From Azolla caroliniana (lineage: Eukaryota > Plantae > Polypodiophyta), in NCBI GenBank assembly GCA_043228905.1, contig JBHGNT010000007.1, forward strand, positions 18,662,001-18,726,000: 64,000 nucleotides of DNA, read 5' to 3'. Positions 23,235 through 36,932 of this stretch are shown in pieces. Position numbers and translations under genes: made by a program. Under the pieces are notes generated by a model, which worked only from the letters and a program-made list of their open reading frames with translations, was not told the origin of the DNA and did no database searches. How positions within the stretch are numbered: position 1 is the stretch's first letter; each line of letters opens with the position of its first letter.

Positions 23235-26200
23235 CATCTTAATAGCCTTCGTGATGAAGCACAAGGCGAACTCGATGAAGAAGATCACTTCCAAATCGGA
23301 GGAAGTGTGGTACATTGACTACGGTGCATCGAACCACATGACGAGCCACAAAGAGTGGTTCTCGTATAGATGGAAAAGTTGGAGCAACCGTGAGTTGTCG
23401 AAACCGGAAACGACACTGCTCACCCGATTGAGCATGTCAGAGAAGTCCCTTTGAGTCATGTTGGACAAAAGGGAAACTTGATGAATGTTTTACATGTTTT
23501 GACAATCACAAACAACCTGGTGTCAGTCGGACATATCGTTGACTAGGGGATGCAAGTGTGGTTTACACACCTCGGGTGCTTCATTGAGGAAGATAGCCAA
23601 ATCATCACGCAAGCGCATCGAGAAGGGAGGATGTTCATCCTCGACACCGACGACATAGGCACCACTTTGTTCGCAAAAGGACAGAAAGTCGAGTTGGATA
23701 TCAACTTGTGATACATGCGGATCAACCACATCAATTATCGAAGGCTTCAGGACCTGCAATCAAAACATGTCGTGTTTGGATTGTTGAAATTCAGTGGCCG
23801 GAAGGCCCAAATTTGTGAAGCTTGCCAACTCGGGAAGGAACACCGGCTTCCATTTCCCACCGAAAGAAATCGGAGCCATAACAAGCTTGACTTAATACAT
23901 TTGGACGTATGGGGACCGGCACAGAACATTAGTCTTGGCGGGAGTCGATATTTTGTCTCATTCATTGATGACTACAACCAACACACATGGATCTACCTAA
24001 TCGAAAAGAAAAGCGAAGTTTTCGACTATTTCTGAAACTTACAGAATTTAGTCGAACGAGAAACGGAGAGGAAGATCAAATGCCTATGGTCGGATGGAGG
24101 AAAAGAATACTTTTTTGGCCAATTCAACAGTTACTTGTAACAAAAAGGAATTTGTAGGGAATTCCGTTGCCGATACACGACGTAACAAAATGGCGTTACC
24201 GAGAGGAAGAATCGATCGATCGTCGAGGCAACACAAGCAATGTTGGAAGAGAAGAGCATGCCCAAGTTCTACTGAACCAAAGTTGTTCAGACGGTCGTCT
24301 ACATCCAAAATCGGATCGCGGAGGTGTTAGCACGTGAGTTGTATTTCGGACGGAAGTCGAATTTAAGACACCTTAGGGTATTCAATAGCATAACCTTTGT
24401 GCATGTACAGGATGAGAAGTGGAGAAAGCTAGATCCGAAGTCGGAGAAGTGCATACTAGTCATCTACTCACATGAGCAAAAGGGGTATAAGTGTTATAAC
24501 CCCCGGACAAAGACAATTCGAGTAAGCCGAGATGTCAAATTTGACGAGTTAGCATCATGGTACTCTTTACCGACTCCGACTCCGACTCCGACTCCGATCC
24601 CCAACCACTCTGACAACCCGATTCCGAAAGATGAGGCCAGTGAGCCTGAAACAATCTGGGTAGAAGAGGAAGAAGAGTTAGGTACTCTAGATGAGAGTCC
24701 GATTTCATTTCGGCTGAGCGGGCCGAACAAGCGACTAAGTCGGAATGACCAATCAGATCAAGAGCCAACGAGTAGCGGAGACTCAACCGTGCTTTCCCCA
24801 CGCAAGGAATTGAGGAGACGTTTCACACGCAAAGAGAAGGGGAAGAAGAAGATGCCGGAATATGACATCGACAAAGACAAGTTGGATCAGAGCGAATTAG
24901 AAGAACCTTCGGGAACGAAGTCCGAGTCGGCCAAGAGGGCCTTGAAATCGGCTATTGAGAAATTACGCCGATCGACCCACCAGAAGAACCCCGTAAAACG
25001 GTACAGCAATAATGAGTACATGGCGCATCACTATGCGTACATGACAAAAGTGGTGGAAGTGCGTGAGCCGGACGGCTATGCAGAAGCGACAACGGACGTG
25101 AATTGGCATGCCGCCATGGAGGAAGAAATGCGGGCACTCGATGCCAACGGCGCATGGGATCTGGTTGACCCTCCTCGACATTGCAAACCGATCGGTTGCA
25201 AGTGGGTGTACAAGGTAAAGTATAATGTTGACGGTTTGGTCAGCCGATACAATGCTCGATTAATAGCCAAAGGATACGCGCAGACCCACATAATCCATTA
25301 GGACGAGACCTTCGCTCCGGTAGCAAAGATGACAACGGTTCATGTGGGGTGCTGGCAGTGGTTACAACAAGGGGGTGGGAACTTCACCAAATGGACGTGA
25401 AGAATGCGTTTCTCCAAGGTGACCTTGAAGAACAGGTCTACATGATCCAACCCCCTGGTTTTCAGTCGGAGATAAACAAGTCAGCAGTCTGCTGACTCAA
25501 GAAGTCGTGTTATGGCCAGAAGAAGGCTCCTCGTGCTTGGAATTTGAAAATCATGCACCTGTTGCGTAAGATGGGGTTTGCGGCCTCTAAGTCCGACTCT
25601 TCATTGTTCATTAGGGGTTTGCCTTACGGCTTTGCAAGGAGTGCGGGCCGGTATACCGCTCGAATACGGAGCGTGTTCACTCTTGATAGCAATGGGCCCC
25701 CCCCGAACCCATTACTATCGTAGATGTAACCAGGACTTCCCGGGGGGTCACCCATCCCAGTACTGTTCTGGCTCAAGCACGCTTAACTTGCAATGCTTGA
25801 AGCATCCAGACAACCACAAAACTCGAACGATCCGGTATGCATTCTGCTATACGTTGACGACTTGGTCATCATCGGACCTGCCCTCGCTGAAATCGACCAA
25901 TTAAAGTCCCAACTGTCGGCCTCATTCGAAATGAAGGACCTGGGGGACCTTCATTATTTCCTTGGGATCGAAGTGATCCACACCCCCGATGACATATTGC
26001 TCTCACAACAACATTATGTGTTGAATATGTTGTACAAGTTCAACATGATGTATTGCTGACCAATCTCCACACCCTTGGACAGGAACTTGAAGCTTCGTCT
26101 CGACTCTGGACCGGCCTGCAACGAGAGACGGTACCGACAATTTGTCGGAAGCCTCATTTACTTAACAATCACCTGACCCGACATCAGCTATCCCGTCGGA

Positions 26201-26500
26201 GCGATCAACCAATTTATGCAGAGGTTGATCCCTGAGCACCTTCAGTGTGCACATCGACTATTGAAGTATGTGAGTGGCACTAAGGATCGAGGACTATTAT
26301 ACCGACACGGTATAACTGAAACGCTAGTCAGTTATACAGATGGTGATTGGGCCGGTGACGCGTCAGATTGTCGGTCCACTTTCGGTTATATGTTCTCTCT
26401 CGGGAGTGCGACTATTGTGTGGAGCAGCAAAAAGTAGCCAACAGTGGCTCTTTCAAGCACTAAGGCCGAGTATCAGGGCGCTACCATCGCCACCTGTGAA
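23235..26500 (+). pseudogene. Decayed copia PR-IN-RT-RH fragment
   Basis: WYIDYGASNHMT, CEACQLGK, KPIGCKWVYKVK and YVDD, with many stops. No LTRs attached. Confidence 0.9.
25612..25815 (-). other. ~200-bp insertion containing a 5S rRNA-derived internal control region (25723-25788)
   Basis: The reverse complement AGTTAAGCGTGCTTGAGCCAGAACAGTACTGGGATGGGTGACCCCCCGGGAAGTCC matches the 3' half of plant 5S rRNA. It interrupts RT between DSSLFI and ILLYVDD. Boundaries approximate. Confidence 0.85.
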
Positions 26501-26519
26501 ACGAAGTGCCGACTCTGAC

Positions 26520-29500
26520 AAGCACTACGGCCCGGAAGCTGCAACTTCGACAAGAGTTGAGCAATGTCCGATAGAAGGACATGTCGGTAGCCGATTACAC
26601 GGCCCGAATCAAAGAGATCTGTGACTCACTTGACTCTATCAATGTCACTGTAGAGGAAGATGAGATGGTGCAGATCTGTCTTGGGGGCCTAACGTTTAAG
26701 TTCAGAGTGATCCGAACAGCGGTATGTACAAGGGAGAATACACCGTCATTTTTCGACTTACAGTCGATGCTCCTTGTAGAGGAGAACCACGTCGGTGCGT
26801 CAACAAGTGCACCCACCGATAGCTGGATGCTGTACATGGAGGCGGATCGGCCCCGTGTGCGTGGCGGACGAGGCGGGTCGGCTCGCAATGGTAGCGGCTG
26901 GCAAGAGCAGGACCAAAGGCACAAAGAACGTACCGACAGCAGTTCAGGACCCTCCACAAGCAGGGGGAGTCAAGGCAGCGCCAGAGGCCGGCAAGCAAAG
27001 GCCGACATGGAATGTTGGTACTGTGGTAAAAAGGGTCACAGAGAAAGCGAGTGATGGAAGAAGCGTGCCGACTCGGACAAATCCGGATCCGGCAAGGCCG
27101 ACAGAGAGAACTGACAATACTCGCACTACGCAGAAGGATTGAGAGGATCCAAAACTGGAAAAACCGGTAAAGGGTTAGCCTTGGTGATGAAACACGAGCC
27201 TAACTCGATGAAGAAGACCACTTCCAAATCAAAGGAAGTGTGGTACGTTGATTTCGGTGCGTCGAATCACATGACGAGCCACAGAGAGTGGTTCTCTTTC
27301 TTGGAGAAGCCAGAACAATCGGGATTCGTTGAAACCGGAGATGACACTCCTCACCCAATCATGCATGTCGGAGAACTCCCTTTGAGCCATGTCAGACAGA
27401 GTGGGAAGCTAATGAATGTATTACATGTTCCGACCATCACGAAGAACCTGGTGTTAGTCGGTCAGATTGTTGACCAGGGGATGCAGGTACGATTTACGCA
27501 CCTTGGGTGCTTCATCGAGGAAGAGGGCCAGATTATTGCGCAAGGGCGCAGAGATGGGAGGATGTTCATCCTCGACACCAATGACATCGGCACCGCTTTG
27601 TTTGCCAAAGGACAGAAGATTGAATCGGATATTGATCTTTGGCACAAGCGGATCAGCCACATCAATTACCGGAGGCTTCAAGACTTGCAAACGAAACAAG
27701 TTGTTTTCGGTTTGCCGAAGTTCAGTGGCCAGAAGGTCCAAATATGTGAAGCTTGCCAACTCGGGAAGCAACACCGGCTTCCACTCCCCACCGATTGAAA
27801 CTGGAGCCATAACAAGCTCGATTTAATCCATTCGGATGTATGGGGACCGGCACAAAACGTTAGTCTTGGCGGGAGTCAGTATTTCGTCTCCTTCATTGAC
27901 GACTACAGCCGGCACACATGGATCTACCTCATTGAGCGGAAGAGCGAAGTCTTCGAGTGTTTCTGGAACCTGCAAAGCCTGGTTTAACGGGAAACAGAGA
28001 GGAAGATCAAGTGCCTGCGGTCGGATGGTGGAAAAGAATATTTTTCCGGCCAATTTAACAGTTATCTGCAGCAAAAAGGAATTCGGAGAGAGTTTAGCTG
28101 CAGATACACACCGGAGCAAAACGGTGTGGCCGAGAGGAAGAACTGGCCGATTATCGACACGGCAAGGCCAATGCTGGAGGAGAAGAGCATGCCCCATTTC
28201 TATTGGGTTGAGGCGGTCTGGACAACCGTCTATATCCAAAACCGGATCAATGACAAGGTGTCCGCGCATGAGCTATATTTTGGGCGCAAGCTGAATTTGA
28301 GACACCTTCGGATATTCGGTAGCATTGCATATGTGCATGTGCCAGATGAGAAACGGAGGAAGTTGGATGCAAAATCGAAGAAATGCATCCTGGTCGGTTA
28401 CTCCCATGAGCCAAAGGGGTATAAGTGTTATAACGCCCGGACGAAGCAGGTCCGAGTTAGCTGGGATGTTGAGTTTGATGAGACGGCATCATGGTATGCC
28501 TCACCGGCTCCCACTTCCGACCCCAACCTGATACCGAAGGATGAGGCTAGTGAGCCTGAACCGGTCCAATTAGAAGATGAAGGGTTCGAGACTCTAGATG
28601 TTAGTCCGGAATCGTTTCGGTTGAGCGGGCCGAACGAGCGATTGGGTCAGATAGACCAGTCGAAAGATGAACCGGTGAGTAGTGGAGACTCTGCCGTGTT
28701 CCCCCTACGCAAGGAACCGAGGAGACGGTTCACGTGCAAAGAGAAGGGGAAGAAGAAGAAGATGCCGGAATACGACACTGGCAACGTTGAGTCGGAATTG
28801 GAGCGAATCCGACCCCGGAAAGGATGAAGGCAAATCTTCGGGAACAAAGTCCGATGTGGCCAAGAAGGGTCTCAAACTGAGTAACGATAAGTTACGTCGG
28901 TCTTCCCGCCAAAAGAACCCCGTGAAGCGGTACGGGTACAATGAGTACATGGTGCATTACTATGCGTACATGACAAAGGTGGCGGCAGTGCGTGAGCCAG
29001 AGAGCTACGCAGAAGCAGCAAAGGACGCAAATTGGCATGCCGCCATGGAGGAAGAAATGCGGCCACTTGATGCCAACGACACATGGGACCTAGTTGACCC
29101 TCCTCGACACTATAAACCGATCGGATGTAAGTGGGCGTACAAGGTAAAATACAATGCCGACGGTTCGGTTAACCATTATAAGGCCTAGTTAGTGGCGAAG
29201 GGATACACGCAAACCCATAGAATCGACTACAACGAGACCTTTGCTCCGGTAGCGAAGAGGACGACAGTTCGTGTGGTGCTGGCGGTTGTTGCAGCAAGGG
29301 GGTGGCATCTTCACCAAATGGACGTGAAGAATGCATTTCTTCAAGAAGAGTTCTTTATGACCCAACCCCCCGGATTCCAGTCGGAGATGAACAAGTCGGC
29401 GGTATGTTGGCTGAAGAAGTCACTTTATGGCCTGAAGCAAGCCCCCCAAGCTTGGAATGCGAAGATCACGCACCAATTGCGTAAGATGGGGTTTGTGGCC

Positions 29501-31583
29501 TCCAAGTCTGACTCTTCGTTGTTCATCCAACAAGGTCCGGATGGTCCGGTTTGCATCTTGATGTATGTTGATGATCTAGTCATCACCGGACCCAGACTCG
29601 ATGAAATCAGCCGGGTCAAGTCCCAACTATTGGATGCATTTGAGATGAAGGACCTGGGGGACCTTCACTATTTCCTTGGGATCGAGGTGATTCGAACCCC
29701 CGACGGCATATTGCTCTCACAAAGACACTATGTGTTGAATATGTTGTACAAGTTCGGCATGACGGAATGCCGACTGATCTCCATACCCTTGGACCGGAAC
29801 CAGAAGCTCCGTCCCAACTCCGGACCGGCCTGCGATGAGAAGCGGTTCCAACAAATTGTCGGAAGCCTTATATATTTGACAATCACCTAACCCGACATCA
29901 GTTATCTGGTCGGCATGATCAACCAATATATGCAGAAGCCGACCGTGGAGCACCTTCTGTGCGCGCATCGAATTTTGCGATATTTGAGCGGCACGAAGGA
30001 CCGGGGATTGTTATACCGGCGTAGTATAACCGAAGAGCTTGTTGGCTACACCGATGTCGACTGGGCCGGCGATGCATCGGATCGCCAATCCACCTCCGGC
30101 TATATGTTTTCCCTTGGTAGTGCGACTGTTGCGTGGAGTAGCAAAAAGTAGCCAACAATGGCCCTTTAGAGCACTGAGGTTGAATACCAGGGCACTACCG
30201 TTGCCACCTGTGAAGCCATTTGGCTTCGGCGACTGCTGCAAGACCTGCAGATCAAGGTGCCAACCCCGATGCTGATCTTCTGTGACAACATAAGCAGCAT
30301 GCAGCTCACCAAGAACCCCGTATTCCATGCTCGCACAAAGCACATAGAAGTGCACTACCACTTCGTGCGTGAGCATGTCCCGAGCGGTGAAGTTGAATTT
30401 CGGTATGTTCATACGGATCGACAAGTTGCAGACATCTTCACCAAACCGCTCGGATCGGACAAGTTGCAGTACTTCACCAAAATGCTTGGTGTTCAACATC
30501 TCGACGTGCCACACTTGAGGGGGAGAACGGGCAAAGACACCGGAATGGGCAAAGACAAAGAAACTACCGATTGCGCCGATGAGGGAAGAACCGACAAGGG
30601 GAGAGACACGAAGAAGAAAGGAGTCGAGCGACAAAGGAAGTTGACACATCCGACCAAGTCGGAACAAGTGGCAATGGCGGCAGAGTCAAGAAGGATAGAG
30701 CCGATCGGAAGAAGAAGGCCAAGACCTGGACATGGCCCGATGTGGTGAAGGGCCTAAGACCCGGACATGGTCTGATGTGGTAAAGGGCCTAAAGATTGAT
30801 CACAGATTGGAGACAACCAATTCAGACAATATCTAGAATGAATCGGAGGCACCCGATTTGGAAGAGTTGTTCGATTTAGAGGAGCTGAATCAACAGAAGG
30901 CCAAACAAACGAGAAGGCAACAGAAGTCGACACCCACACAGAGGAACCGACGGGTTGAGAAGCGCCAAAGTCACAGCAACGAGGGAGCTGAGTTGGGCCT
31001 TATTAGTAGGCAAGCTGATCGAGAAGGTCCAAGTGCATGGAATTGGACGGGTCATAGAAAGCGGAACCGGATGGGTCTAGGAGCGCGAGCAAGGCTGAAG
31101 ATGTCGGGAGGAGCCGGAGGGAAGGATCAACAAACACTAACACCACAATCTGACCTCAAGTTGAGCTTGAGGGGGAGTGTTGAGCGGACAAGCTCAACCG
31201 GATCCGTATTAGTATTCTGAACGGAGAACCAGATAGGTATCCAGAACCAAGAGCCGGATCAGAGAGCAAACCGGTAGGCCTTTGGAGGTCTACACTCCTA
31301 GACTACTAGGTAGTTATCCTAGGAGTCAATGTTAGTAGCTCGATACGAGCAATGAAGTACTAGGTACTTCTGTCAGTCCTTTTAAAGACTTGTATAAAAG
31401 TGCTCTCTGAACACATTGTATGTACTGAGTGTTATTTTTAAATTGAGTTTATGTTGTTCTGCTCTCTCTATCTCTCCCATGTACTCTATGTGTAATTTAA
31501 GCTTTCCATTAAACCTAGTTCTGGTTTTTTGTTGCTATCCAGCTGAGCCGATTTATCTAAGCTTATGTAGATTAACTTTCACA
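26520..31583 (+). mobile_element. 5'-truncated decayed copia with 3' LTR 31178-~31583
   Basis: ORF pieces from gag (CWYCGKKGH) through RH at 26581-30748. PPT GAGGGGGAG followed by TGTTGAG. LTR end inferred from the switch to Ty3 gag. Confidence 0.87.
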
Positions 31584-34487
31584 CTCCCTTTTTAACTTCT
31601 TCCCAAAGAAGCCCTCTAGCACAATCGGCCAGAATCCGGCACCACTCCCGGAGCCGACACCCTTCTCTCCACCTACCCGGATCCCTGTTGACATCAAGTA
31701 GTGATTGGCCTCGACATTTCGGGCCGCGGCTTCTTCCATTATCCCCTTCATGCCTCCTCTTCTGGTGTTCACCTCGAGGGGCCTTCGTGTGTCGCTAATG
31801 TGTACCTGGCCATTCCAAAGGTACACCACGTTACTCTTAAGTGCCTCGGCGAAGTCGGCGTTGTCTCTCCGGATGTGGTTGACAGCGTTGCACTACATAT
31901 ACCTCTAGTCGAACGGCAAGCACTGATCGCGTGACTGACCTCTGCCATCCCTTCAGGCTTGAGCGATCTGGAGATCACGCACCATCTTCGTCGGCTCCTC
32001 TAGAGCCGTTGTTGGGGTAGTTGTGGTATGTGCGGTGAGGTCACAGGGACCAAGGTTAAAGGGAGTTGGCTAAATTTTAAGAAGGCTTGTGTGGTGATGT
32101 TAGAAAGATTAAGGATAGAAGAAAAGGAGTTAAAAGTAATGTGTGTGAGAGAGAGGAGCATAGATAAAAGATAAAGGTATAATTTAAGAAGCGAAAATGT
32201 ATTATAAGAACAAACTTTTACCAAAGTTACAATATTTGATCACAAGATGTGACTTCTCTTTTGTTGAACTCTAGATTTGAACCCTTGATTCCAACTTTGA
32301 AACACAAGACTCTTTGCAAATAAGCTAACTTGTTTGATTGATTATTTGATTTTCTAACTTTCTCTCTGGTTCCTATTTTTCCCTTACTTGATTACCCTCT
32401 TTTTATAGGTGGCCCCATGCATTTAATGCATGTGAGGGTTCAAGACATGCATGTGATGAATGATAGACATCTCGCTTATTTGAGCTTTTATGTATGGAAA
32501 TAGACGTGGGATAAGTATTGTCATGGAAATATAATTTTAAAAACAAATAACTTAGCTTAGTGGTATGTACTTTGTATTTGGTATGCAAGGTTGTGGGTTG
32601 AAGTCTTTGAAATGTTACTCAATACAATATTTAAGTTTATTTTTACATCCTTTGTGATACCTTAAAAACAAATAACTTAACCTAATGGTATGTATGTCGT
32701 ACTTGGTGTGTGAGGTTATTGGTTCAAGTCTTTAAAACATTACTAAATACAATATTTAAGTTCATTTTTATATCGTGAATCATATCCTTCACGACACCTA
32801 CCCCTGGATGGTCCCTCGGCCACGTTGGTCGGAACCGGGCTTGACCCGAGTTGTCTTCTCGTCTCATTTGACCAAGTCAGCAAGTCCCCTCCGACCCCTT
32901 CTCGACAGTTGGCCAATAGTTGACGACCCTGCATCGTTCCATTCTCATCATTTGTCGAAACGGCTACAAATCCCTTTGACTATGGCCCAATCGGCCGTGA
33001 TTCCTTCATCCATCTCCAATAGGAGACCTGCCTTTTCTCGATCAAGTGGGTTGACCGACTTGATAAATAGCAGGACCTTGCTCATATCGAGCACGGTCTG
33101 GTCCAATGCTGAAAGGCGTGCAAATCGCTTCTCAAACACATGAAGAAGCACTGATGTGTTCCGGCCCTTGCCGTGGAGCTCAACCCACTCCATGAACTTT
33201 CTTTTTGACAATCGGAGCGATTCCTCGAAGCTGTATTTTCAAGGAGCTGTCCCTTGAAGTCTGTCCAATTCCGACAGTCGGCTTGGACCTTGAGCACTTC
33301 CACTTGGATCCTCGGCGTTATGACCCGAGGGAATTCGGACAACCGTATGTCCTCCGGGATATCCCTCATCAACATTTCGGCCATGTAGGCCTCTAGGTAG
33401 CTCGTTGCATCCTTCCCATTAAATAGGCCTATCGTGCCGACTATCATCTCTATGGCTCTACCGAGGGCACTCGTGCTCTCCTGAGCGTTCCCTAAGTGGT
33501 CGACGGCCACCACCATCGCTTCTACAAGTTCACTTCCTCTCATTTCAAATTCCTTTACTACCCCTTTTCACGTCAGGTTCACCAAAGATGTCGCGGAAAT
33601 CCATGAGTATATGTTGAAACAAGGTGGAACCACCCGGTCTCGAACCAAGGAGCCGGTAAGGGAAGAGAGATTATCCGGATCGGTTTTCGGATAACTTCAT
33701 CGGTGCGTGGTCCAGACACGTATCCAATCCGGACCAGTCTCCAGATGCTAGATGATGAGCACACAGGCTTGGACCAGACAATACCGGACTGGTCACCAAA
33801 TGCCAGATGATGAGCACACGGGTTCGGATGCGTATGCTATTCCGGGCCAACAGCCGGATACCAACTGATGAGCGCACGGGCTCGAAAACCCCGACAACGT
33901 GCGAGGGGTATGGAAAACAGAAAGGAAGTTGTGGGCTCAAAACCGAGAGACGAATCAAGCACAACAAACAAGTTGGATTAAACAACAAAGGAATACAACC
34001 AGACTCGGCCGGCAACAGAGCTTCAAGCTCTTGAAAACACACACACACATCGACTGTAGTGGACCTCTGATCAGGAGCACACGGGTTTCCTACGCAAAAC
34101 TGAGGCCTCACTACCACTCAACTTATACACAAAATAGGAAATAGAAATTTGTAGAGCTCGGTCTGGCAACACTTCGTTCTCCAAATCGTGGATCCCCCCA
34201 CCTCAGTCTTCTCTCCCTCCGTTTATAGCTCAAGGAGAGAGAGACTGTTACATCAAGTTGTTATCACAATTGCTTTTCCATCCTCGATTTCCTCCTATCT
34301 ATCACCTTTATTCGTCTCTATACATGTGGGACTTTAAAGTACCTATCTAAATCACACAACCTAGTATTCATCAACACATAAATATTACATATGTTGTACA
34401 TAAAGACAATTTCGTGTGCATCCGTGCACACCCCTGTTCACGCGCATTCGACGGGTTTTCTTCTAGTAGCTGGAATCCTCCACGACG
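31584..34487 (-). mobile_element. 5' part of a tRNA-Trp-primed Ty3: LTR 33589-34487, PBS and decayed gag
   Basis: PBS rc TGGTGAACCTGACGTGA at ~33568-33584. Gag peptides FNGKDATSYLEAY and DTRRPLEVNTRRGGMK are homologous to ORF 41499. Right flank CCGT. Confidence 0.87.
32010..32796 (-). mobile_element. Probable solo LTR inside that gag, with a ~125-bp tandem duplication
   Basis: Minus strand starts TGTCGTGAAG, like the 6279-6954 LTR. Gag resumes on both sides. Flanks CCGT/CCTA are imperfect. Confidence 0.65.
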
Positions 34488-36158
34488 CCGTCAGACATGA
34501 TTGCATTGTGAAGTACATCGGAATGGTGTCCTAAATAATCCGATCTAATTTTGTCCACTCATTCAACATGTACTCTTTAAATTGACGGATTTTCGAACTC
34601 GATCGGATCTTTTTGACCTTTGACAATCAGATAGTCCTACATTTGTCCCTTCCAAAAGTTGAATTTCAACCCTTGAACTTCCTTAGACTCATCTCGAATG
34701 AACCGGATGTTGATGTCATTCTGTGTCGACTTGGGAAGCTTTGTCTAGAGTAGGCTATAAATGGTGGTAGGGTTCCTGTACCAAATCAGATTCTTTCATC
34801 CAAAGGTTGTAGAGGCGCCGGACCATATATATATTTGTTGCAACGACCTTCTTTTCATAGGTGTCTTAGGGTGTCTTCCAGAGTTGGAAGGCCGTCATAC
34901 ATGATTGCACTATGAGGTACACTAGCTCTGACAAGTGCATCTGAATTGTGGCCCAAACAATCCAATCTAATTTTGTCCACTCATTTGGCTTGTACTCTTC
35001 TGGAGGATTTTCGAATTCGGTCAGATCTATTTGACCTTTGACAATTAGACATTCCTGCATTTGTCCCTTCCAGAAGTTGAAGTTCAACCCGTTTAACTTC
35101 CTTAGACTCATCTCAGATAAGCCAGATGTTGATGCCATTCTATGTCAACTTGGGAAGCTTTGTCCGGAGTAGGCTACGAACGGTGGTAGGATGTAGTTGG
35201 CTAGCTCACCCGAATTCGTTCTAGCCAGATTTGGACACGAGTCGGATCAATTTTAACTGTCGGCGTGTTTGGTTCGGAGTGGCTACAATTGATTTCATGC
35301 CTAGCCGAATTGAACCTAAATTTGCGGATTTGGACGATTAGGTTTTGGATGGTGTTGAACTAAACCTGCATGGAGTGACTACGACGGTTGGAGAGACAGA
35401 ACTGATTGTTCTTCCCGAAGGAAGCCTAGCCGGATTGGGCACGGTTATTACTAATATGATTCCTTATGTTGATTTCAAAGCTGATCACAGATTATATGCC
35501 CTTTGTGCCTTTCCTGATGCCGATCCTGCACCAAGTGGCTAGAACGTGTGGATGGACAACAACAATTGGCCTGTCTGAATATCTCCTAGCCAAATGGAAC
35601 ACAGATGGGGTTGTGCTTTAGGCCTTATCTTCTTTGAGTGGTTACAACGAGCGAGTGAACAACGTCAAGTGACCTGTCCGAGTGTAGTCTAACCTAATCA
35701 AGCACGATTAAGACTATTTCGATAAAAAATCTCACTTCGAGCAACTACAATCATGAAGACAAAGTACGACCGACTGGCCTACATCAAGGGTGATCTAGCT
35801 TAGTAGAGTGTAGTTTTTCAAGTGTTTCTTCTCACAAAGTATGATCTTGTGGAAGTTGTCGGATGAGAGATTTCAGTTTAGCTAAAATCTCAGATTTTAT
35901 TCTATCAAGTAAAATCACATGGGTGATCTTCAAGGCAGTGAAGGCAAGAGTATTGTTGAAGACTGGAGACGGCCGACAACAAAATACAGAACCTTCCTCT
36001 GATACTAGATGTTGGATGCAGTCGTTAGGTGCCGATCAAAACCAACATTCTGTATGATGAAGATCTTCTAGTTGATGGTGAACAAGGCCAAGAATAACAA
36101 ATTGACAAGAGAAGCAAAGGCAATTGTAGCAACAAACAAGATCATGATTCAAGTGCAT

Positions 36159-36211
<53 letters not shown>

Positions 36212-36932
36212 CATTGGGCACAAACTATGTAATCGTATTATTATCAAGAAGTTACAATGGCAACAACCTCTCTCAACTAGGTTACAAAGTTCAATTCAAA
36301 TACAAACTGAACTAGGGTAACTTTCCTTTCCAATACTTACAAATATGGCCTAGAGCTAATTTGTCCGATGGGACAATGTGAATACGTCCATTATGTACCC
36401 GTATTTGACACTCCCCCGTAATGGGCGTATAGACGAAAAATCTATAATTAAAAGAATAAGAAACAAAATGAAACTACAGATTTATACAAAAGTTGTTGGA
36501 CAAGTCAGCTTTTGTCCGAAGCAGCAATGTCTAGGAACAAGAGGCCGGATTGGCCGAAGCCGAAAGGTTTGAAGCTGAATCTCAAGATGCCAATCCCGAT
36601 TGCCCGAAACCTTCCTTATTGTCCTACTTAATCAGACTGATTTTTATGATGCCCATTTGGTGCCGAAGAGACCGGAATCGGTCTGCCAGAAGACACTTAG
36701 TCATCCCATCTTTTACATTGTCAACCGTTGGTATTTTCTTAAGGCCAAGCTTCCTGCAAATGAAGCAATCCCGAACAAAGTGATATCGTACATCTATGTG
36801 CTTTGAGGCGTACTGGTGAACCGGATTTCTTTACAAAGCGACAACGCCTTGACTATCGCTATACACAACTGGAGTCGAGTCGGAATCGACTTGTCGAAAC
36901 TTGCGCACCAACCGTCTGAGCCATAGAGCTAC
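34488..36932 (-). mobile_element. Copia G (B-related) remnants: duplicated gag start, 5' UTR, PBS, central LTR 36010-36410, PPT, RNase H end
   Basis: MASTSGLSEMSLRK matches the ORF 12899 N-terminus. LTR start resembles the B LTR. RNase H continues at 62281-62312 after element C. Confidence 0.85.
36162..36208. repeat. (GA)n microsatellite in LTR
   Basis: Direct reading. Confidence 0.95.

Noticed and set aside
25723-25788. Functional 5S rRNA gene
   Set aside because: Only the 3' half matches well, it is diverged, and it is not in an array.
2333-34487. Pairing LTR 2333-20800 with LTR 33589-34487 as one element
   Set aside because: LTR sequences differ and the flanks (ATGG vs CCGT) are not a direct duplication.
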